Shown here piece after piece: positions 1 to 9,724 of a DNA stretch of 64,000 bases. The DNA is taken from NCBI GenBank assembly GCA_902625455.1, contig CACOBL010000005.1:6648-70647 (forward strand), in the 5' to 3' direction. Within the stretch, counting starts at the first letter, position 1, and the number at the start of each line of letters is the position of its first letter. The DNA is from an uncultured Candidatus Actinomarina sp. Its GTDB lineage: Bacteria > Actinomycetota > Acidimicrobiia > Actinomarinales > Actinomarinaceae. The position numbers were made by a program, and so were the translations under genes. The notes beneath the pieces are model-generated. The model made no database searches. It was given only the letters and a program-made list of their open reading frames with translations, and was not told the origin of the DNA.

Positions 1-318
1 TTGCACAAAGAAAATATCGATAAAAAAAATATCTTAAACATTCTTAAAAAATATGAATTAGATAGTTTTTTAGATGATCAAATCGAAGATTTTTCAAGTG
101 GAATGGTTAAAAGAAGCGAAATAGCAATTGCAGATTTAAAAAATCCCGATGTCTTATGTATTGACGAACCAAAAGTATACCTCGATGAAAATGGAATTGG
201 ATTATTGAATGATCTACTTAAAAAAAGAAGTACTGAAGGTAATTCTTCAATCCTTTCCAGCCAAGAAAATTCTAGTTTATTAACAAGCATTGAAAGATCT
301 ATAAACCTAAATGATTAA
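1..318 (+). CDS. ccmA: Heme ABC exporter ATP-binding subunit CcmA, 5' end outside the window
   Basis: ABC signature FSSGM, Walker B VLCIDE, D-loop-like PKVYLD; first gene of the ccm cluster. Confidence 0.75.
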   Translation: MHKENIDKKNILNILKKYELDSFLDDQIEDFSSGMVKRSEIAIADLKNPDVLCIDEPKVYLDENGIGLLNDLLKKRSTEGNSSILSSQENSSLLTSIERSINLND

Positions 319-946
319 AAAATACATTATTAAAAAAGAAATGAATGTGGAGTTTAGAAATAATACTTCTCTTTTCTTAATTACACCAACAATGTGTGTT
401 CTAATAATTGTATTTCCAATTTTGTCAGAAAACAGATTTAGAATTGACAATGACTTATTTTTAATTGTTGAACTATTATTTTTAATCATGTTTACAACAC
501 TTTTTTCAATTAGGAACCCTTTAAATGAACAACAATTAATTAAAGAATTGAATTTTGCATCTATTAACAAGACAGATTATTTCTACAGTAAAACAATTTC
601 AGAACTTGTGATATTTTATCCACAGGTAATGGCTTTATTAATTCTTTTTTCAGGATTTACAAATACTTCACTAAATTCATCATTAATTTATATTTGTTTG
701 TCTGTATTGTTTTTTTGTGTAAATGCAATCATGGTAAATCTATTTTTACAATTTTTTACAAGCTTTAATAGTAGATTTGTACAATTTACTTTGATTGTGC
801 CAATTTATATTGGTTTTGCAATATTAATTGCACCACTTTGGTTAGGTGTAAATCAAGAAATCAGTAGTATTTATTTAGTAATGTATTTAGGCATAACTTT
901 AGTTATCTATGCATTTACTAACTTTTATTTAAGGAGTACAAAATGA
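311..946 (+). CDS. ccmB: Divergent CcmB-like membrane permease
   Basis: About six hydrophobic segments, IIKKEMNVEFR start typical of ABC-2/CcmB permeases, lies between ccmA and ccmC. Confidence 0.6.
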   Translation: MIKKYIIKKEMNVEFRNNTSLFLITPTMCVLIIVFPILSENRFRIDNDLFLIVELLFLIMFTTLFSIRNPLNEQQLIKELNFASINKTDYFYSKTISELVIFYPQVMALLILFSGFTNTSLNSSLIYICLSVLFFCVNAIMVNLFLQFFTSFNSRFVQFTLIVPIYIGFAILIAPLWLGVNQEISSIYLVMYLGITLVIYAFTNFYLRSTK

Positions 947-1611
947 TGCTTTATGGACCTTTGTTTGTATGGTTGGCTTTATCTATTTTTGGACCTTATG
1001 ATGTAACTCAAGGTGTTTCATCTAAATTACTATACATTCACGTCCCTACTGTCTGGGTTGCATATCTTGGTTATTCTTTAACTTTCTTGTATTCCTTAAT
1101 GTATTTTTTCACTAAAAAACCCAAATATGATTCTATTGCAGTAGCAAATGCAAAGTCTGGGGTTATTTTCACAATTGTTACATTACTAGCAGGTTCTTAC
1201 TGGGGTAAACAAACTTGGGGAACTTGGTGGGTATGGGGTGATGCCAGACTTAACTTAACTGCAATATTACTTCTTGTTTATCTTGGGTACGTAGCATCAC
1301 GACAATTTAATAAAGATCTAGCAAAAACTGCAAAAAATTCATCCTTCGTAGGTATTTTTGGAATTATTCAAATACCAATACTGCACTTTAGTGTTATTTG
1401 GTGGAGGTCCGTTCACCAGCAAGCGAGTATTTTAAGTCAAGAAACAGTTACATCTGGTGATGCTCCAATGTCTACTGATATCTTAATTACTCTTTTACTA
1501 AGCGTTTTATTAGTTACTCTTGTACACGTATTCCTTACGAAGAGATTCAGAGTTTCTAACGATATCATGTGGGACGATTATTTAAATCCTAAATCAAGAG
1601 CTAAAATTTAA
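943..1611 (+). CDS. ccmC: Cytochrome c biogenesis protein CcmC
   Basis: YIHVP, WWD motif WGKQTWGTWWVWGDARL, WWRSVHQ. Confidence 0.93.
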   Translation: MMLYGPLFVWLALSIFGPYDVTQGVSSKLLYIHVPTVWVAYLGYSLTFLYSLMYFFTKKPKYDSIAVANAKSGVIFTIVTLLAGSYWGKQTWGTWWVWGDARLNLTAILLLVYLGYVASRQFNKDLAKTAKNSSFVGIFGIIQIPILHFSVIWWRSVHQQASILSQETVTSGDAPMSTDILITLLLSVLLVTLVHVFLTKRFRVSNDIMWDDYLNPKSRAKI

Positions 1612-1616
1612 ATAGA

Positions 1617-2018
1617 GTGAAAAAAAATTTTATTATTGTCCTTTTGGGCATAGTGTTAGTAGTTTATGCAAGTACAGTAATTGCATCTAGAAATACTATC
1701 TACTATTACACAACATCAGAGACACTAGATATAGAAACATCTAAAAACGAAAGAATTAAATTAGGTGGATTTGTAGTAGAGAATTCAATATCTAAAGATG
1801 GTGAGTTTACTTCTTTCACCATAACTGATGGAAATAAAGATATAAAAATCATATTTGACGGTTTTATTCCAGATTTATTTCAAGAGAATATGGGTGTCAT
1901 TCTTGATGGCGTCTTCGATGATGATACTTTTTTTGCTGATGATATGTTAGTTAAACATGACAATGAGTATGTTTCTAGCGATGGTGAAACATACAATGTT
2001 GAAAATTATTCAAAATGA
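1617..2018 (+). CDS. ccmE: Heme chaperone CcmE
   Basis: N-terminal TM anchor, IKLGGFV, PDLFQE, heme-binding KHDNEY (HxxxY); GTG start. Confidence 0.92.
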   Translation: MKKNFIIVLLGIVLVVYASTVIASRNTIYYYTTSETLDIETSKNERIKLGGFVVENSISKDGEFTSFTITDGNKDIKIIFDGFIPDLFQENMGVILDGVFDDDTFFADDMLVKHDNEYVSSDGETYNVENYSK

Positions 2019-3904
2019 TATACAATCTTGGTATTTTGCTCAGCTGGTTAAGTTTTGCCCTATTAACAATTTTATTTTTTACAAAAAATACTTATAAAAC
2101 TAATTTATTAGTCAGAATAAATTTATTCTTACAGGTAGCACTATTTTGCTTACTTGAAATAGGTTTATTTCTTAATGACTTCTCTGTGTCATATATTGCT
2201 AACTACTCAGCAGAATCCACTCCTCCACTATATAAATTTGCGTCTTTGTGGGGCTCTTTGGATGGTTCAATTTTATTATGGAATTTATGTTTAAGTATAT
2301 TTATGTATATATATTTAAAATATTACAAAATAAATGACTCAAATTTGGATATGAGAATATTTTCATTTATTACAATTTTTTTTGTTGGTTATACAGTATT
2401 TAGCTCATCTCCTTTTGCTGGTTGTGTTGAACTCGCAACAATTGGATGTGAAAAGTCAACATTAATACCATTTCAAAACACTCTAAAAAGTAATTTAGGA
2501 AGAGGTCCTAATCCATTACTTCAAAATCATCCGTTAATGGCCATTCACCCACCTATGCTTTATATTGGCTATGTTGGTATGACGCTTCCATTTGTAGCTG
2601 CAACGAGTAGATTGTTTAAAAAAGATGAATCTAATGATTGGATTGAAGTTGCTGAAAAAACAACTTATATTCCATGGCTATTTTTAACAACAGGAATTAC
2701 ATTAGGTGCTGCTTGGTCATATGAGGTCCTTGGATGGGGAGGATATTGGGCATGGGATCCTGTTGAGAATGTCTCATTTATACCATGGTTGCTAGCAACA
2801 GCTTTTCTACATTCTTCAAAAGTACAAAAAACGAATAATACCTTATTAAATTGGAATTATATTTTAGTTGGTTTAATGTTTCTTTCTACAATATTTGGTA
2901 CCTTTATAACAAGATCTGGAGTTTTAATTTCAGTTCATGCATTTTCAAATGGAAATATCGGCACTTATCTTCTAGTTGGACTCACATTATTTAGTTTGCT
3001 GTTTATATTTATTGGATCGAGAAATATCGATTATTTTACAAACTCAAAAAAAATTACGAACTGGTTTGGTAAATCAGGATTCTTTATCCTCAATAACATC
3101 ATTTTATTTTCATCTGCTTTAGTGATATTCATAGGAACTATTTTTCCATTATTTTATGAAACTTTATATGACAGACAAATAACTATTGGTAGAGCTTATT
3201 ACGATATTCTTGTAGGTCCTATGCTTTTACTTTTATTGTTGTTGATGATATTTTCTGTCAAACTTACTGTAAAAAATATAGATATCAATTCTTGGTTTAA
3301 ATTAAATTCAAACTTGTTAAATCTATCACTTGTAATTGCTATATTTATGTTAATAAATCTAAATAATACCTATTTTCTGGTTGTTACAGTTGCTACATCT
3401 TTAATTCTTATACTTCTAACAATGAAAAATATGTTTATAAAATTTAGGATGAGTAGTACAAATAAAACTTATTGGACAGGACAAATAGCTCATCTAGGTA
3501 TAGCCGTATTTGCTTTAGGTATTGTTTTGAACGTAACGCAAAGTTATTCAACTGAAGAAGAAATAAACTCTTTCCAAGAATTCGAATTTAACAATACAAC
3601 ATATTTTGTTTATGACTCAATCCAAGAAAATAAACCAGAAAAAACAGTTATTAAATTACCAATATCGAATGAAGTTAAAACTAAATATACGTCACTAAAC
3701 ATATTTAGAAATTCATCACAACAAGCTATCAGCTCTCCTGCTGTTTTTAGATCAGCTATTAATGATATTTATATAACTGTAAAATTTATTGATGAAGATA
3801 GCTATAAATTAATTGTCAGAAATAATTATGGTATTTTCATCATGTGGGTAGGTTTGTTTATTTCATCAATTTCTTTTATACCTAGGATAAAGAAACGTGT
3901 ATAA
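2015..3904 (+). CDS. ccmF: Cytochrome c heme lyase CcmF
   Basis: NPLLQ, AIHPP, WSYEVLGWGGYWAWDPVEN, AFLHS, SVHAF, AHLG motifs. Confidence 0.95.
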   Translation: MIYNLGILLSWLSFALLTILFFTKNTYKTNLLVRINLFLQVALFCLLEIGLFLNDFSVSYIANYSAESTPPLYKFASLWGSLDGSILLWNLCLSIFMYIYLKYYKINDSNLDMRIFSFITIFFVGYTVFSSSPFAGCVELATIGCEKSTLIPFQNTLKSNLGRGPNPLLQNHPLMAIHPPMLYIGYVGMTLPFVAATSRLFKKDESNDWIEVAEKTTYIPWLFLTTGITLGAAWSYEVLGWGGYWAWDPVENVSFIPWLLATAFLHSSKVQKTNNTLLNWNYILVGLMFLSTIFGTFITRSGVLISVHAFSNGNIGTYLLVGLTLFSLLFIFIGSRNIDYFTNSKKITNWFGKSGFFILNNIILFSSALVIFIGTIFPLFYETLYDRQITIGRAYYDILVGPMLLLLLLLMIFSVKLTVKNIDINSWFKLNSNLLNLSLVIAIFMLINLNNTYFLVVTVATSLILILLTMKNMFIKFRMSSTNKTYWTGQIAHLGIAVFALGIVLNVTQSYSTEEEINSFQEFEFNNTTYFVYDSIQENKPEKTVIKLPISNEVKTKYTSLNIFRNSSQQAISSPAVFRSAINDIYITVKFIDEDSYKLIVRNNYGIFIMWVGLFISSISFIPRIKKRV

Positions 3905-4256
3905 AAAATATTTAACTATTTTACTCCTCATCATAATTGCCTTGGTTCCAATATTTCTTCCAAGTGATGAGTCTCGATTCGATGAATGGAGTCGGTCTTT
4001 ACTATGCCCTGTATGCCAAGGTGAGACCTTGTATGACTCTCCATCTGAATATGCAGATGATATGCGTATTATCCTTCAAGAACAAATTGCCAACGGCTTG
4101 AATGATGATGAAATTTATGAATTTTGGGTTACAAGATATGGAGAAAAGATAATTACAAATCCTATTGAAAGAAACAATGAATTAGTATTAATCCCTTTGT
4201 TTTTGATATTGGTGTTCGTTTTAATGTTTGTAAGGAATTTGTATGTTAAAAAATAA
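3897..4256 (+). CDS. ccmH: CcmH/CcmL cytochrome c biogenesis protein
   Basis: LLCPVCQGE (LRCxxCQ-like), RYGE, two TM segments. Confidence 0.88.
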   Translation: MYKKYLTILLLIIIALVPIFLPSDESRFDEWSRSLLCPVCQGETLYDSPSEYADDMRIILQEQIANGLNDDEIYEFWVTRYGEKIITNPIERNNELVLIPLFLILVFVLMFVRNLYVKK

Positions 4257-4779
4257 ATGGTTCTATTCATTACTTTTCATAATCCTTTTCCCTATTTTTT
4301 TATTTATAAATTTACAAAGCAATACTGAAACTTTAAATAATCAATCAACAAATCTAGATGATGTTACTAATGAAGAGATGGAACAGGTTATTAAATTAAA
4401 TCCAGATATAATGCCTATGCGCGTTGCTTTAGCTAATAGATATTTTGAAGCTTTTGATTATTCGAGTGCTTTACCGCACTTTATGTATGTTGCTGAAAAT
4501 TCAGAGGATAATGATTTAAAAAGCCTATCTCTATCCCAAATTGGATGGATGGTATATGAATCTGGTGATAAAGTTACATCTTTAAATTATATAAATGAAT
4601 CTTTGCGTCTCTCTCCAAAGTCATTATTGGCTGAAACTTACAAGGGTATAATTTTAATTCAGGAGGAAGAAACAAGAGATGAAGGTATTTTAATACTTAA
4701 CTCTTTGAAAAATAATCCTGCGTTAACGAAAGAAGACCTTACAATTATTCAAGAAATTTTGGATATTTATGAAAATTAA
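4243..4779 (+). CDS. Membrane-anchored TPR protein (CcmI/CycH-like)
   Basis: N-terminal TM, TPR-like helices (ALANRYFEAFDYSSA; SQIGWMVYESG...SLRLSP), inside ccm operon. Confidence 0.6.
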   Translation: MLKNKWFYSLLFIILFPIFLFINLQSNTETLNNQSTNLDDVTNEEMEQVIKLNPDIMPMRVALANRYFEAFDYSSALPHFMYVAENSEDNDLKSLSLSQIGWMVYESGDKVTSLNYINESLRLSPKSLLAETYKGIILIQEEETRDEGILILNSLKNNPALTKEDLTIIQEILDIYEN

Positions 4780-5251
4780 ATTTGCTTTTCTATTTTTAAT
4801 ATTTCTTTCATGTTCTACTACTCCTAGTAAGTCGAATATTGAGATTGATCAAAATATTTTGAATAATCTCAAAGTACTTGAAACAGAAGAAAATTTATCA
4901 ATTGATACATCAAATTACGTAATAATTAATTATTGGGCATCATGGTGCCTTGAATGTATTGAGGAACATCAATTCCTAATTCAATTATCGAAAACAAAAG
5001 GATTGTCGGAAAAAATTATTCTTGTATCTTTTCAAGATTCAAAAGAAAATTCAATAAATTTTTTAAATGAATATGGAAGAGGAAATATAATTTATGCAAA
5101 GGATCCTGAAAGTAAATTAGCAATTTATTCTGGTGTTTTTGGAATTCCTGAAACTCATATTATTCTCGACAATAAAATAGTAAAAAAATACATAGGTCCT
5201 CTATCTTTGGGTGACGTAGAAGAAATAATAAATTCTTATTCAAATCAATAA
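4769..5251 (+). CDS. ccmG: TlpA/CcmG thiol-disulfide oxidoreductase, probable lipoprotein
   Basis: INYWASWCLEC active site, GVFGIPET cis-Pro loop, LSC lipobox-like. Confidence 0.82.
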   Translation: MKIKFAFLFLIFLSCSTTPSKSNIEIDQNILNNLKVLETEENLSIDTSNYVIINYWASWCLECIEEHQFLIQLSKTKGLSEKIILVSFQDSKENSINFLNEYGRGNIIYAKDPESKLAIYSGVFGIPETHIILDNKIVKKYIGPLSLGDVEEIINSYSNQ

Positions 5252-5272
5252 AATATACAATTAAAATAGAAA

Positions 5273-5605
5273 TTGTGAAATGGATAATCGCGATTTATCG
5301 AGGAAAGTCCGGACTCCACAGAGCATAGAGCTGGGTAACTCCCAGGCAAGTAATTGACGGAAAGTGCAACAGAAAATATACCGCTTGCTTTGGCAAGTAA
5401 GGGTGAAAAGGTGGTGTAAGAGACCACCAGTAGTTTAAGTGATTAAGCTAGCTTGAAAACCCCTCTTGGAGCAATACTAAGAAGCAATTGACCTGCTCGG
5501 TTGATAATTGCGGGTAAGTAGCTAGATATATTTGGTAACAAATATACAAGATGGATGATTATCATGCGTAATGCGTATACAGAATCCGGCTTATAGTTTC
5601 ACAAA
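5273..5605 (+). ncRNA. rnpB: RNase P RNA, type A
   Basis: GAGGAAAGTCCGGACTCC, AGTGCAACAGAAA, GGGTGAAA, ACAGAATCCGGCTTA; P1 arms TTGTGAAA/TTTCACAA; GAGCA/TGCTC P6 pairing. Confidence 0.97.
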
Positions 5606-5609
5606 ACTC

Positions 5610-5632
5610 GGGTGCCTCTTTATGGGGCACCC
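5610..5632 (+). terminator. GC-rich hairpin immediately after rnpB, probable terminator or processing stem
   Basis: GGGTGCCTC-TTTAT-GGGGCACCC; no U tract on the + strand. Confidence 0.55.
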
Positions 5633-5664
5633 ACCTAAAAAAAATATCAAACTATTATTATCTA

Positions 5665-6645
5665 ATGACAAAATTTTCATACTTTTTAGGTTCAGAACAA
5701 TGGCAACCCGAAGATTTAATCAAACATGCTGAAATAGCTAGAGAAGCAGGTTTTGAGATGTTAACAATTTCAGAACATTTTCATCCCTGGGTTGATGATT
5801 ACTCTGCATCAAATTTTACATGGTCTACTTTAGGTGCTCTTGCCAACAAAGTTCCTGAATTAGATCTTGGTACCGGTGTAACAACTCCTTTATGGAGAAT
5901 GCATCCTGGAGTGGTAGCTCAAGCTGCAGCAACTATTGACAGACTATCATCTTCTTCATTTCATTTAGGAGTTGGAACTGGAGAAAACATAAATGAAGGT
6001 CCACTTGGATATGAATTTCCTAAATATGAAGAAAGAAAAAACAGACTAATAGAATCACTAACAATTATCAGAAGACTTTTTAATGGTGAAAAACTTACCT
6101 TTAACGGTGAATATTATAAAACAGAAAAAGCGAAGTTGTACTCTCCCCCATTAAAACATATACCGATATGGTTAGCTGCTGGTGGTCCTAAATCAGCTCA
6201 AGTAGCCGCTGAACATGCAGATGGGCTAATGATAAGTGTAAAAGATCCTAAAGATTCTTACGAGAGAGTTATAGACCCTGCGAAAGAAAAAACGTCAGAG
6301 CTAAAAAAAGATAGTCTGTCTGTTCATACATATAGATGGACAATGTTTGCTGAAAATGACGATGATGCTTGGACTGCATTAAGATCTTGGAGAGGTTTGC
6401 GTGCTCCTAGTAGGCTTCAACAGCTAGATCCAGAAGCTTTAAGACTTGAAGCAGATAGTTTTTCTAAAGAAGAAATTATGAGTAAATTTTCAAAAGCTTC
6501 AACTGTTGATGAACTATATGAAATTTATAAACCATTGGTTGAGGAATTTGATTCAGAAATTGTAACAATTCAAATCTCATCTATTAACCAAGAAGAAACG
6601 ATCAGACTATTAGGTAAAGAACTTTTGCCAAAACTTCGCAAATAA
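5665..6645 (+). CDS. F420-dependent LLM-class oxidoreductase (G6PDH-like family)
   Basis: SEQW..EDL, ISEHFHPW, GTGVTTP, LGVGTGENINE, AAGGPKSA motifs. Confidence 0.85.
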   Translation: MTKFSYFLGSEQWQPEDLIKHAEIAREAGFEMLTISEHFHPWVDDYSASNFTWSTLGALANKVPELDLGTGVTTPLWRMHPGVVAQAAATIDRLSSSSFHLGVGTGENINEGPLGYEFPKYEERKNRLIESLTIIRRLFNGEKLTFNGEYYKTEKAKLYSPPLKHIPIWLAAGGPKSAQVAAEHADGLMISVKDPKDSYERVIDPAKEKTSELKKDSLSVHTYRWTMFAENDDDAWTALRSWRGLRAPSRLQQLDPEALRLEADSFSKEEIMSKFSKASTVDELYEIYKPLVEEFDSEIVTIQISSINQEETIRLLGKELLPKLRK

Positions 6646-6646
6646 A

Positions 6647-7387
6647 TTGTTGACCTATCTGATAATTGGTTTTACTGGAGGACTATTGTCTGGCCTTCTT
6701 GGAGTTGGTGGAGGTGTAATATTCGTTCCACTTTTAACATATCTAACAAAAATAGATTTTAAAACTAACACAGGAATTTCTTCTCTTGCGGTAGTTTTTG
6801 TTGCTTCCGCGAGCAGTTTAACCTACATATTTAACGACTTCAATAGAGGATCTAATCTTGTATTTGCTATTGGAATTATAATAACTGGTGGAATTGTTGG
6901 TGGCTATTTGGGGAGTAAATTGACTCCAAAAATAAATACAAAAATTTTAATAAGAATTTTTTCTTTATTACTTATTGCGACAGCTTACAGAATGATTTTT
7001 TCTACATCTGTTGATGCAATATACGAAAATAATTTTTTTCTTTATTTTTTAGTTGGTCTTATATCTGGAATTGGATCAGGATTGTTAGGAATAGGCGGAG
7101 GGATTATAAGAATTCCAATGCTAATTTTACTCGGAGGATTTGAACAAATTATTGCTCAAGGAATTTCATTAATTACTACTGTTCCTACAGCATTAACAGC
7201 TGCCATAACAAAAATTCGAAAAAATAAAGATTCAATTAAGAATGGTCTTTACGTAGGTATTTTTGGTATTACTGGCTCTGTAATTGGTGGTAATTTTGTC
7301 TTTGATATTTCTGAAAATATCTTAAATGTTAGTTTTGGAATATTTCTTATTTTTGTTTCAATAAATATGTTTTTTACATCAAAGTAA
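6647..7387 (+). CDS. TauE/SafE (sulfite exporter) family membrane protein
   Basis: Duplicated SGLLGVGGG / SGLLGIGGG motif, about eight TMs; TTG start. Confidence 0.88.
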   Translation: MLTYLIIGFTGGLLSGLLGVGGGVIFVPLLTYLTKIDFKTNTGISSLAVVFVASASSLTYIFNDFNRGSNLVFAIGIIITGGIVGGYLGSKLTPKINTKILIRIFSLLLIATAYRMIFSTSVDAIYENNFFLYFLVGLISGIGSGLLGIGGGIIRIPMLILLGGFEQIIAQGISLITTVPTALTAAITKIRKNKDSIKNGLYVGIFGITGSVIGGNFVFDISENILNVSFGIFLIFVSINMFFTSK

Positions 7388-7843
7388 TTTTCCATTTTTT
7401 ACAAACAATTTCAAATTTTCAATAGTTTTTAATTTAATTATTAAATATAAGGTTCCAATCAAATTTAAAACTATTTCAATTTGACTAGAAAAAACAATAG
7501 GATTTTGTTCATTTTCAAAAAAAGGATACAGAAAAACACTCTGATTTGACCATGTAAAACTTAGAACCAAATATAAAAAAGAACCAATTGAAAATAATAA
7601 AGAGTTACGTCTAACTTTTGAACCACGTTTAGTAATAATCATTATTAAGAAGAATAAAGAAACATTGAATAGCAAGCTATGACCTAAAAATTGAGCTTTG
7701 TTTGAAATTCCAAAATTGTAACTGATTGAATCGAATAATAAGGGATATAGACTTCCAAGTATTATAAATCTTAAATCTGCTGAATAATCCTTAAAAATGT
7801 AACGAAAAAGTAATACAGAAATACTTGATGTCCAGATAATCAT
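7379..7843 (-). CDS. Membrane protein, metal-dependent hydrolase (YdjM-like), divergent
   Basis: GSLYPLLFD, GHSLLF, FLYPF pattern; hydrophobic. Confidence 0.5.
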   Translation of the reverse strand: MIIWTSSISVLLFRYIFKDYSADLRFIILGSLYPLLFDSISYNFGISNKAQFLGHSLLFNVSLFFLIMIITKRGSKVRRNSLLFSIGSFLYLVLSFTWSNQSVFLYPFFENEQNPIVFSSQIEIVLNLIGTLYLIIKLKTIENLKLFVKNGKLL

Positions 7844-8232
7844 ACTTCGTCTAATGCTTGATTTGCTAATTGATCAGCTCTTGAGTTGAATTCTCTTCTA
7901 ATATGATGAATTTCAATATTCTCAATTTGATCTATCAACTTAAGGCTATTTTCATAGTGACTTTGTAATTTTTTTGATTTAACTTTATATTCCATATTTA
8001 CTTGTTGAACAACCAATAAAGAATCTAAAAATATTTTTACATCATTAACTTTTTTTTCAACGCAATACTCCAGAGCAGCAATTAACCCTAAATACTCTGC
8101 TACATTATTTGTATTAATACCAATCCTTTTTTTAATAGTGTCAATTTCCACTTTATCCTTATTGATTGACACTCCAATGGAAGCTTCACCTGGATTAGAT
8201 CGAGAAGCTCCGTCACAATATATTTCATACAT
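7840..8232 (-). CDS. rnhA: Ribonuclease HI
   Basis: YCDGASRSNPG, NNVAEY, DSLLVVQQ, NSRADQLAN; likely start is the ATG at 8232 rather than 8262. Confidence 0.93.
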   Translation of the reverse strand: MYEIYCDGASRSNPGEASIGVSINKDKVEIDTIKKRIGINTNNVAEYLGLIAALEYCVEKKVNDVKIFLDSLLVVQQVNMEYKVKSKKLQSHYENSLKLIDQIENIEIHHIRREFNSRADQLANQALDEV

Positions 8233-8939
8233 TAAATAACCACACCTTGACAATATGGACATTGATTATATTTAGAATCAAAGATTTTATCCAATTCACT
8301 TGATGTTAGATTAACACCGCAACAACCACATTGGCCTTCGTTTTTATAGGCTGCTATAACCTCTACTCCATTATGTTTCAATTGATCGTAAAATTTTACA
8401 ATGTCTTCAGGAAAAGTACTAAGTAATTTTGATTTCTTAATTTCAAGTTCATTTATATTGTTATCTAAATCTTTCCATTCGGACTGAATTCTTTTAGAGT
8501 ATTCAATTATATTTGGTTTTAATTCTTCCAACGAGTTTTCTACTTTTGAATAATTTAATAATTCTTCAGCATTTAAATTATTTAGTTTTTCAATTGAAAC
8601 ATTTAAATCGATAATATTGTTCTCAACACTTGATTTTTGTAAATTAAAATTTTGTAACTCTCCAGCATCAAGTTTAGGGTTTTGGAGTTTTTCTAAAATA
8701 TTTTTTAACTTGTTTTCGCTTTCAAATATTTGTTTATCTAAAATCTTTTTTTCTTCAAAATAACTTTTAAGCTCATCTTTTTTTTTGATTAAAAGTGAAT
8801 TGTTTTCGTGATATTTTTTTTCTAAATCTTTTAAAATATTTACACTTTCTCCCTTAGACTTTTCATCAATTAATTTAAATATTTCGTTATCTAAATCTTG
8901 TAAATCAATTAAATTGCTCAACAAAAAAGGTTTACTCAT
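8232..8939 (-). CDS. Coiled-coil protein with C4 zinc ribbon (CT398-like)
   Basis: LIDLQDLDNEI start, long coiled coil, CGCC...CPYC; conserved nif3-ribbon-rnhA order. Confidence 0.88.
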   Translation of the reverse strand: MSKPFLLSNLIDLQDLDNEIFKLIDEKSKGESVNILKDLEKKYHENNSLLIKKKDELKSYFEEKKILDKQIFESENKLKNILEKLQNPKLDAGELQNFNLQKSSVENNIIDLNVSIEKLNNLNAEELLNYSKVENSLEELKPNIIEYSKRIQSEWKDLDNNINELEIKKSKLLSTFPEDIVKFYDQLKHNGVEVIAAYKNEGQCGCCGVNLTSSELDKIFDSKYNQCPYCQGVVI

Positions 8940-9702
8940 AATACTTATTATAAAAATACTCGAGCTGTGTTCCTAGCTCATTACTCAAATTATTGACAAA
9001 TTTTTTCATTCCTGGAATTTCAGTTGATAAGTGATTTACTTGAATTAATCCTAAGTGTGTTTCGTCACCTTTTAGTAAATATCTATGAGAAATATCACCT
9101 GTAATAAAAACATCAACTTTAGATATTATATCTTCTATAAATTGAGTACCTGATCCTGGCAGGATTGCTACTGTATCAATGTCTTTAATATTTTGAAAAT
9201 ATTCATTTGTCCTTAAAACTTTTGTATTAAGTTTTGATTCGACAGTTTTTATAAATTTTTTATTTGTTGTTTTCTGTATATTTCCAAAACGGCCAGCTCC
9301 AAATTCACCTGTAGTGTGCGCAAAAACTTTAGTTTCTGTCATTTTAAATAAATTTACTAATGAGTCTGCATTTCCTCCATTACAAACGTCCTGGGCTGTA
9401 TGAATAGTAATTATATTTAATCCAGATTCTCTAAATTTTTTTGTTAAAGAATCTTCTTCTAAAGTTTCGGTACCATCTTCTTTTATAATTTTTTGGAGAG
9501 ATGGTGGATGATAGGTTATTAATGTATTGATGTTGTTCATGATTGAATAATCTAAAACAGAATGTTCCAATTCATGCGCAACGGCCAATCCACTTACTTT
9601 AGAATTTTGTGAACCAACAGTAATTCCTACAAAATCATCATCAAAAGCATAATCAAGAGGTACTAATGTATTTACAATTTCTAGTAATTTACCAACATTC
9701 AC
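8932..9702 (-). CDS. Nif3-like dinuclear metal centre protein
   Basis: LITYHP, IHTAQD, PGSG, FITGD, NHLSTE; GTG start. Confidence 0.9.
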   Translation of the reverse strand: MNVGKLLEIVNTLVPLDYAFDDDFVGITVGSQNSKVSGLAVAHELEHSVLDYSIMNNINTLITYHPPSLQKIIKEDGTETLEEDSLTKKFRESGLNIITIHTAQDVCNGGNADSLVNLFKMTETKVFAHTTGEFGAGRFGNIQKTTNKKFIKTVESKLNTKVLRTNEYFQNIKDIDTVAILPGSGTQFIEDIISKVDVFITGDISHRYLLKGDETHLGLIQVNHLSTEIPGMKKFVNNLSNELGTQLEYFYNKYYE

Positions 9703-9724
9703 TTATTTAATAGTAATAAAAAAT

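Noticed and set aside
5245-5427. 60-aa minus-strand ORF
   Set aside because: Antisense to rnpB; a by-product of the GC-richer RNA gene.
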